Both the position numbers and the translations under genes were made by a program. The notes beneath the pieces are model-generated. The model had not been told where the DNA came from and did not search any database. It was given only the letters and a program-made list of their open reading frames with translations. DNA of 32,000 bases, from positions 2,640,001 through 2,672,000 of the forward strand of contig NC_017856.1 in NCBI RefSeq assembly GCF_000260965.1, read 5' to 3'. This document shows positions 1 through 5,993 of this stretch, piece after piece; the stretch's first letter is position 1, and each line of letters opens with the position of its first letter. The DNA comes from Methylophaga frappieri. Lineage in GTDB: Bacteria > Pseudomonadota > Gammaproteobacteria > Nitrosococcales > Methylophagaceae.

Positions 1-1
1 T

Positions 2-1396
2 GGCCTGACGCCTGAGTTACTCGACGAAATTCCCTCGCAGAACCAACCTGATTTACTGCTGACCGTGGATAACGGTATTGCCGCAGTGGCAGGCGTTGAT
101 GCGGCTAAAGCGCGTGGTATCAAGGTACTGGTCACCGATCACCATCTTGCTGGTGAAACGCTGCCACAAGCTGATGCCATTATTAATCCGAATCAGCCTG
201 GTGATACGTTTCCCTCTAAAAATCTGGCCGGTGTTGGCGTCTGTTTTTACCTGCTATTAGGCTTGCGTCAGGCTTTGCGTGAGCAGAGCTGGTTTGATGT
301 TCAGGGCCTGAAACAACCCAATGTCAGCGACTGGCTGGATCTGGTGGCATTAGGCACCGTCGCGGATGTGGTGCCGTTGGATCAACTCAACCGAACCTTG
401 GTGGATGTTGGTTTGAAGCGCATGCGCCAGCGTCGCGCCTGTGCTGGTATTCTGGCTTTGGCACAAGTTGCCGGACGGGAAGCCGTCAAGCTGGCCAGCC
501 CGGATTTAGCTTTCAGCATCGCCCCCCGACTCAATGCCGCGGGTCGTATGGATGATATGGGCTTGGGTATTAACCTACTGCTGAGCGATGACTGGCAGCA
601 GGCGCTGACGGCGGCTGCACAACTGGATCAGATTAACTTGGACCGACGCAGCGTCGAACAGCAGATGCAGCAGGATGCTTTAAGCATGCTCGATAAGCTG
701 TCATTGGACACCGACAATACCGCTCCCGGATTTTGCCTGTTCGATTCCGACTGGCATCAGGGCGTCATTGGTTTATTGGCCTCACGTATCAAGGAAAAAC
801 TGCACCGACCGGTGATTGCCTTCGCACCGGGCAATGAAGGTGAAATCAAAGGCTCAGCGCGTTCGATTGCCGGTGTGCATATTCGCGATGTATTAGCCCG
901 CATTGCCTCCCGTCACCCGGCCATGCTGCAACGCTTTGGCGGTCATGCCATGGCAGCTGGGCTAACCTTAAAGCTGGATGATTTCCAGACCTTTTCCCAA
1001 GCATTTGAAACCGTGCTGACAGAAATGGTTGATCCCGCGGTCTACCAGCAACACCTGCATTCCGATGGTGAGCTTCACCACGGAGAAATCAATCTGGATT
1101 TGGCGGAACAATTACCCAATGCCGCCCCCTGGGGGCAGGGCTTTGAAGAACCCCGCTTCCACGGTCTATTTGAAGTCGCAGACTGGCGGTTGGTGGGGCA
1201 GGATCAGGATCACTTACGCCTGAGTTTAAGCCTGCCCGATAACCGGAAAATCACCGCCATGGCCTTCAGACAAGGCAAACCCGACTGGCTGGAGCGGGGT
1301 ACACAAGTGCTGATTCGTTACCGGCTGGCCGTTAACGAGTTTCGAGCCACTAAGTCGGTACAGTTTCTGGTGGATGATTTATTGCAGCCGGTTTGA
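2..1396 (+). CDS. recJ: Single-stranded-DNA-specific exonuclease RecJ, 5'-truncated by the window edge
   Basis: The ORF is open from the window start (phase 2). It carries DHH-family motifs (TVDNGI, VTDHHL) and the GGHxMAAG motif (FGGHAMAAGL), and its length and architecture fit the RecJ C-terminal two-thirds. Confidence 0.93.
   Translation, partial: GLTPELLDEIPSQNQPDLLLTVDNGIAAVAGVDAAKARGIKVLVTDHHLAGETLPQADAIINPNQPGDTFPSKNLAGVGVCFYLLLGLRQALREQSWFDVQGLKQPNVSDWLDLVALGTVADVVPLDQLNRTLVDVGLKRMRQRRACAGILALAQVAGREAVKLASPDLAFSIAPRLNAAGRMDDMGLGINLLLSDDWQQALTAAAQLDQINLDRRSVEQQMQQDALSMLDKLSLDTDNTAPGFCLFDSDWHQGVIGLLASRIKEKLHRPVIAFAPGNEGEIKGSARSIAGVHIRDVLARIASRHPAMLQRFGGHAMAAGLTLKLDDFQTFSQAFETVLTEMVDPAVYQQHLHSDGELHHGEINLDLAEQLPNAAPWGQGFEEPRFHGLFEVADWRLVGQDQDHLRLSLSLPDNRKITAMAFRQGKPDWLERGTQVLIRYRLAVNEFRATKSVQFLVDDLLQPV
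1026..1357 (+). repeat. Copy 1 of a duplicated recJ 3'-end segment. It lies inside the intact recJ and is the partner of 1835-2143.
   Basis: Hand alignment of 1061-1357 against 1859-2143 gives 95 aligned codons, about 41/285 nucleotide mismatches and one 12-nt indel. Similarity is weaker but still visible back to 1026/1835. Confidence 0.85.
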
Positions 1397-1442
1397 ATTT
1401 AGCCCGAAGTACGAACTAAGTAATAGAAAAAGTGAATCCGAC

Positions 1443-1826
1443 ATGGAAAGTCAAACACGATTGAAAAATGTAATCATCGGCACATTTCTGGCTTTGTTAA
1501 TACTTTATGCGATGTGGTCAGTTTTTTTGATGCTAACCAGTTTTCAATTACACAATCTGACATCGCGTGAAATTTGCATTGAGGAGATAGACGTTGGCGT
1601 ATTTTCGTTTCTTGATGACAAGCCTGCCAAAATTCGTGAACTCATCCATTTTTCAGGATTCTCTCCCCGTCAAGTCGATGTCGCTTTAACTTACTCAAAT
1701 GGATTGTGTAATTCGACAGAAAAAGAAATGATTACCTCACATTGTCTGCTTGAAAGACATGGAGCAGACTACTGCTATTTATCACTCTTTCAAGACGAAA
1801 AGCTGAGTTGTGAGTGCTATGAATAG
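1443..1826 (+). CDS. Small membrane-anchored six-cysteine protein, paralog A (unknown family)
   Basis: It has an N-terminal hydrophobic helix (VIIGTFLALLILYAMWSVFLML) and a C-terminal domain with six Cys spaced identically to the paralog at 2222-2626. It ends KLSCECYE. I chose the ATG at 1443 over the ORF-track start at 1374, which lies inside recJ. The start is uncertain because the RBS is weak. Confidence 0.6.
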   Translation: MESQTRLKNVIIGTFLALLILYAMWSVFLMLTSFQLHNLTSREICIEEIDVGVFSFLDDKPAKIRELIHFSGFSPRQVDVALTYSNGLCNSTEKEMITSHCLLERHGADYCYLSLFQDEKLSCECYE

Positions 1827-1834
1827 AAATCAAG

Positions 1835-2143
1835 TTGGCTGACCCCTTGATACCTTCTTCCGATGGTGAATTGCATCACGTTGAAATCAACCTGGATCTG
1901 GCTGAACGATTACCCAATGCTGCGCCCTGGGGGCAAGGCTTTAAAGAACCGCGATTCCACGGTCTGTTTGAAGTCGCAGACTGGCGCTTGGTGGGAAAGA
2001 ACCAGGATCATTTACGCCTGCCCGATAGTCGTAAAATCACCGCCATGGCCTTCAGGCAAGGCAAAACCGACTGGCTGGAGCAGGGCACAGAAGTCCTGAT
2101 TCGTTACAGGCTGGTCGTGACCGAATTTCGAGCCATCAAATCA
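1835..2143 (+). pseudogene. Detached second copy of the recJ 3' end (RecJ C-terminal domain fragment)
   Basis: Its translation matches the RecJ tail at about 87% amino-acid identity (SDGELHHVEINLDLAERLPNAAPWGQGFKEPRFHGLFEVADWRLVG...). It lacks the first ~320+ codons of recJ and the last 12. The open frame runs on into unrelated AT-rich sequence to 2218. There is no convincing RBS, and only a TTG start. Confidence 0.8.
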
Positions 2144-2221
2144 TATTACGTTATTTTTTTGTTGCTTTTTAATATACAAGTAATATTCGGATCCAATGTA
2201 ATGATTAGAGTTGGCTAACAA

Positions 2222-2626
2222 ATGAGGTTTCCAAATAAGGCATCTGATAAGTCAAAGATGAAACCATTTGTTATCAGCATGATGCTAATTATGCTATTGC
2301 TTTATTTAGCATGGTCAACTTCTCAACTCATGACCCAAGTTCTTATTCACAACAATTCGCTTAGTAAAATTTGTATTAAGAAGGTCAAGCTGGGGGGAAT
2401 GCAATCTTATGTTAATGAAGAATCAGTCGAGGCTGCAGGGAGCACAGCCTTTATGGCTTTAGTGCCCAAGGAAGAGCGGGTGTTGCTAGCGTATTCATAC
2501 GGACTGTGCGGTGCAGGTGATGATGAGTTGTACACCTCAAATTGTATGCTTAAAAAAGGTACATCATACTCATGCTATGTATCAATCACTAGACATGGAA
2601 AGTTGAGTTGTGAGTGTAATGAGTAG
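2222..2626 (+). CDS. Small membrane-anchored six-cysteine protein, paralog B (unknown family)
   Basis: It has an N-terminal hydrophobic helix (PFVISMMLIMLLLYLAW). It shares motifs with paralog A (ICI, YSxGLC, TSxC, YxCYxS, KLSCECxE) with identical Cys spacing. A possible promoter, TTGTTG-N16-TAATAT, lies at 2159-2186. Confidence 0.65.
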   Translation: MRFPNKASDKSKMKPFVISMMLIMLLLYLAWSTSQLMTQVLIHNNSLSKICIKKVKLGGMQSYVNEESVEAAGSTAFMALVPKEERVLLAYSYGLCGAGDDELYTSNCMLKKGTSYSCYVSITRHGKLSCECNE

Positions 2627-2646
2627 CCATTTAATATTCTAAGACC

Positions 2647-2775
2647 ATGAAAAATCGCTTCACCCGCAGACAAAGTCTTAAAATGCTCGCTGCCAGTCTG
2701 GCTGTGACGCTGCTATCACCGCTGCCAAGCCTGGCCGCAAGCAGAGTTGTTTCGGAAACGCTATTCAAAGGATAA
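2647..2775 (+). pseudogene. 42-codon stump encoding a twin-arginine (Tat)-like signal peptide; probable remnant of a periplasmic protein gene
   Basis: It translates as MKNRFTRRQSLKMLAASLAVTLLSPLPSLAAS RVVSETLFKG then a stop. TRRQSLK fits the S/T-R-R-x-F-L-K Tat motif and is followed by an h-region and A-x-A-type site. It is too short to be a mature Tat substrate. Local GC is higher than in the flanks. Confidence 0.3.
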
Positions 2776-2857
2776 AACGCTGCCGGTGACTGGTATGGGG
2801 AGATCAATGGGGGCAGACATGATTGAAAATCGATCGACCCTGAACTCCTCAGATTCA

Positions 2858-3532
2858 TTATTGAATAACATCATCAGGAGAGGCTATCTTTAATTTAATC
2901 GCAAGATGGGTTAATTCAATATCATTGGCAACGCCCAGTTTGTTTTTGATTCTGTAGTGACAATTCGCTGCTGTTTTAGGGCTGATATTCAAAATCTCGG
3001 CGATCTGTTCAGCTGACTTAGCCATCACGATCAGTCTTAATATTTCGAATTCTCTCGGAGAGAGCTGTTTGATTGCCTCCGTCTGACTCGCAACATGCTC
3101 AATTGCCAATGCATGCTCTATGTCTGGACTTAAAACAAGTTGTTTATGTCTCACCACATGACGAATCGCATCAATTAATTTGTCTGGGTTGCTGTTCTTT
3201 GTAATATAACCACGAGCGCCAGCCTTAATGCTTTTAGCCGCAATCAATCCGGACAAATGCATGGTAAATACAATAATACGGGCCGTAGGGTCATAAAAGC
3301 GGAGCTTATTAATGGTTTCAATACCGCTCATTTCAGGCAGATTTATATCGAGTAAAACTACATCGGGTTGTATAGATTTATAGAGTTGATAGCCCGTTTC
3401 TCCGGTGTTGGTCTCAGCCGCAATATGGATATCAGAGTAGGAGTTAATGAGGGCCCGATAGCCTTCACGTACGATAGCGTGGTCGTCAATCATTAGCACT
3501 TTTATGCAATCCGCCTGCATCAGGTTATTCAT
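2858..3532 (-). CDS. Two-component response regulator, NarL/FixJ (LuxR-type HTH) family
   Basis: It has an N-terminal receiver domain (MIDDH..., phospho-acceptor context VVLLDINLP) and a C-terminal GerE/LuxR HTH (LSPREFEILRLIVMAKSAEQIAEILNISPKTAANCHYRIKNKLGV). Its start overlaps the kinase stop by 8 nt. Confidence 0.9.
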   Translation of the reverse strand: MNNLMQADCIKVLMIDDHAIVREGYRALINSYSDIHIAAETNTGETGYQLYKSIQPDVVLLDINLPEMSGIETINKLRFYDPTARIIVFTMHLSGLIAAKSIKAGARGYITKNSNPDKLIDAIRHVVRHKQLVLSPDIEHALAIEHVASQTEAIKQLSPREFEILRLIVMAKSAEQIAEILNISPKTAANCHYRIKNKLGVANDIELTHLAIKLKIASPDDVIQ

Positions 3533-4874
3533 CTGGCCTGTTCAGTGACATAACGACATTCAGTTTTAAGCCGCCGTCTGGAGGACTGGTGAGCGTTAAT
3601 TTTGCACCCAAGGCTTCAACTCGTTCAGATATACCGATCAATCCATGTCCAGCTGATAACTGAGTGACATTTGTCAGTTTCCCATCATCCTCAATGTCCA
3701 GTTCAAGCTGTGATTTTTGCGAGTCTAATTGAATGGTAATAAATGCATTTTTGGCTTGTGCGTGTTTGGCAATATTGGTGACGGCCTCCTGAACAATTCG
3801 AAATAACTGTAATGAATTTGCGCTTGAAACTGTATCTAACTGAGCACTCATTTCCAACTGATAGTGTATGCATGGACAATGTTGCTGCCAGTAGTTAATA
3901 AGTGATTGTAGACAGGCACTTAAGCCCAGATTCTCAATGTCTGTAGGGTTTAAGTAATCCAAAATATGCCTGAGTTGAATATGCATTGATGCTGTTACGG
4001 TGCAAGCCCTGCTTAGTGTTGTCTGAATGGCATCTGAGTCACTGTCGACAAGTTTCATCAGAAGACTGTGTGACGCCGTTAAGCCCGTCAGTGATTGCCC
4101 TAGTTGATCATGTAGCTCACGGGCCAGATATTTACGTTCCTCTTCTTGGACATTCATCAATCTAAACAGCAACTGTTGGTTTTCTTTCTGTGATTGTTTC
4201 AGTCTCTGCAGCATGTGATTTACGGTATTTGCCGTATCGTTCCATTCGACAATAGTAAAGTTAGGCAAGGAAGTCTCTAGGTTTTGATAGGCGATTTGAT
4301 TGAGTCTGGAATGGATTAGTTTTAATGGCCGCATTACAAAACTGATACTGAAAAAAAGCAAGACAGACAAACTGATAAAGAGCAGGAGTGAATAGCTCAT
4401 CAACTGATGTATCGCAGACCATGCAGTGCTGACTTGAACTGATTTATTCTGGCTTATCGATAATTCACCATAAGCTTTGTTTACGTGGTCAATAATGTGT
4501 TTCGTTTCTTCTTGAGGTGAAAAAATGTGCCAGTAAAGGGTCTCAAACCAAGCTGGCGTGACTTCTTGAATATCGGTTCCGCGACAGCGTCCTGCCTGAC
4601 GATTTGAATGGTAAGCAAGAAAGCTGATGCAAACGCCTGGCGCATTACCCATTTCATCCCACAAAATATAATCGGGTAATCGTTTGATGTACTCAAACCC
4701 AGTCGCAATTCGAGTCACCTGTAAGTTCAATGTATTTAATGCTGAAGTTTCAGCGTGTCTAAATTGGGCTTGTGTGTATTTATTGGCTTTGAACAACGTA
4801 TATGCAGATACCGTGATTAAACATAGGCTGGAACAGATAAACACGACGCTGATGAGATAGGTTGTGAGCCGCAT
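3525..4874 (-). CDS. Sensor histidine kinase, HisKA_3 (NarX/DegS-like) family, with an uncharacterised periplasmic sensing domain
   Basis: Two TM helices flank a ~130-aa periplasmic region containing two Cys. Also present are an H-box (ARELHDQLGQSLTGL), an N-box (QEAVTNIAKHA) and a G-box (DDGK...GHGLIGISERV). Confidence 0.9.
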   Translation of the reverse strand: MRLTTYLISVVFICSSLCLITVSAYTLFKANKYTQAQFRHAETSALNTLNLQVTRIATGFEYIKRLPDYILWDEMGNAPGVCISFLAYHSNRQAGRCRGTDIQEVTPAWFETLYWHIFSPQEETKHIIDHVNKAYGELSISQNKSVQVSTAWSAIHQLMSYSLLLFISLSVLLFFSISFVMRPLKLIHSRLNQIAYQNLETSLPNFTIVEWNDTANTVNHMLQRLKQSQKENQQLLFRLMNVQEEERKYLARELHDQLGQSLTGLTASHSLLMKLVDSDSDAIQTTLSRACTVTASMHIQLRHILDYLNPTDIENLGLSACLQSLINYWQQHCPCIHYQLEMSAQLDTVSSANSLQLFRIVQEAVTNIAKHAQAKNAFITIQLDSQKSQLELDIEDDGKLTNVTQLSAGHGLIGISERVEALGAKLTLTSPPDGGLKLNVVMSLNRPDE

Positions 4875-5016
4875 AGCTAATTCGTTGGTAAAGGGGATTC
4901 AATTCTATATGACATCGCGGCTGTTTTGCGCTTAACAGAGATATTCGGGCAAAACACCCGTCTAATACGGTCAAAAACGGGTAAGTCTGGTGCTTGCGAT
5001 GAAGTTAGGATAGTGA

Positions 5017-5033
5017 CTTTTCAAACTGAAAAG
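5017..5033. promoter_or_regulatory. Perfect palindrome CTTTTCA-aac-TGAAAAG directly upstream of the cupin gene start; candidate operator or RBS-proximal hairpin
   Basis: A 7-bp perfect inverted repeat with a 3-bp spacer ends 8 nt before the ATG at 5042. It sits in the divergent intergenic region shared with the two-component operon. Confidence 0.2.
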
Positions 5034-5041
5034 GCGCAAAA

Positions 5042-5494
5042 ATGACGACTTATGAATTTGATTATTACGCTGTAAATTGGCAGCAATTAACTGATTTTAA
5101 TAATTTCTATTATTATATTTTTGATGTTGATGAAACACACCAACTGGTTGATGTGATATTCCATTTCTTGCCACATACGCCCATTGTGTTACACCGACAT
5201 TGTGCGATTAACCACACATTCGTGATTCATGGTGAGCACCGCATTTATTATCCAAACGGAGAATTAAAAGAAATCAGACCGACGGGAAGTTATACCATCA
5301 GTCAGCCTGATGATTCACCACATAGAGAGTGTGGTGGGGATGATGGGACCATTGTCTTGTTTAATATTCGGGGGACACGTGGTGTGATGTACGAAATTAT
5401 GGACGATGACGGAACCGTTATTGCTGAATTTGATATGGCGGCATTTAAGGAGCTATTTAAATTACAAGAGATAGGCACTGTTTTAACAGACTAG
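5042..5494 (+). CDS. Hypothetical cupin-fold protein (ChrR-like cupin_7 type)
   Basis: The pattern PIVLHRHCAINHTFVIHGEHRIYYPNGE...GSYTISQPDDSPHRE resembles the H-x-H...G...H metal-site layout of ChrR-type cupins. The ORF is clean but has very AT-rich codon usage. Confidence 0.6.
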   Translation: MTTYEFDYYAVNWQQLTDFNNFYYYIFDVDETHQLVDVIFHFLPHTPIVLHRHCAINHTFVIHGEHRIYYPNGELKEIRPTGSYTISQPDDSPHRECGGDDGTIVLFNIRGTRGVMYEIMDDDGTVIAEFDMAAFKELFKLQEIGTVLTD

Positions 5495-5993
5495 TTTTTG
5501 TTGAGATAAAATCGTGTTAGATACGATTGAAAAGCTAAATTTTGATTTATATTTTGGGATGATAAAAACGATGATTGAATTATATATAGACATAGGGTTA
5601 GCACGAGAGAACTAAAAAGAATTGAGCATTAGCATCTTAGTCAAAAGTACCTTAAATAGAGGACAGAAAAGCATATATCCAAAGATTAGATTTAATTAAA
5701 ATTTGTAATCTTTAAGATTTCAAAAAATGGAGAGGCTAGGTACGAAATTGATAAAAAATCCATAGGCCAGAAGATCAACCTTTAGATCAATTTACAAAAG
5801 AATTTGTGAAGTCGCAGGCCTTTTCACTTATGACTGCATAGACGCATCGCGTTTTTAGTTTGGAATGATTAGAGTTCGTTCTACAAACACGCTGTTGAAA
5901 TCACACTGATAATTAAATTGCATCAAGTCAGTAAGATGCGGACAATATCAATTCTTGCACCATGAACCAGCTACCTGAGTTTGAGGAAAATCA

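Noticed and set aside
1374-1442. The ORF-track start of gene A at 1374, which adds 23 extra N-terminal residues overlapping the recJ end.
   Set aside because: The extension lies inside recJ coding sequence and has no counterpart in paralog B. The ATG at 1443 gives the same basic-N-terminus-plus-helix architecture as paralog B.
1026-2143. The possibility that the two recJ-tail copies are a diversity-generating retroelement TR/VR pair.
   Set aside because: The mismatches involve all four bases in both directions and are not adenine-specific. No reverse transcriptase gene is in the window. The repeats are also longer and more diverged than typical TR/VR pairs.
2631-2858. A 75-aa minus-strand ORF whose ATG overlaps the response-regulator stop (TAATG), which suggests a third operon gene.
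   Set aside because: Its sequence is Ser/Leu/Pro/Arg/Ala-rich and low in complexity. It is the exact antisense of the Tat-signal-like plus-strand reading, and it has no recognisable motif. It is most likely a shadow ORF. It is not fully excluded, because the start/stop overlap is of the coupling type.
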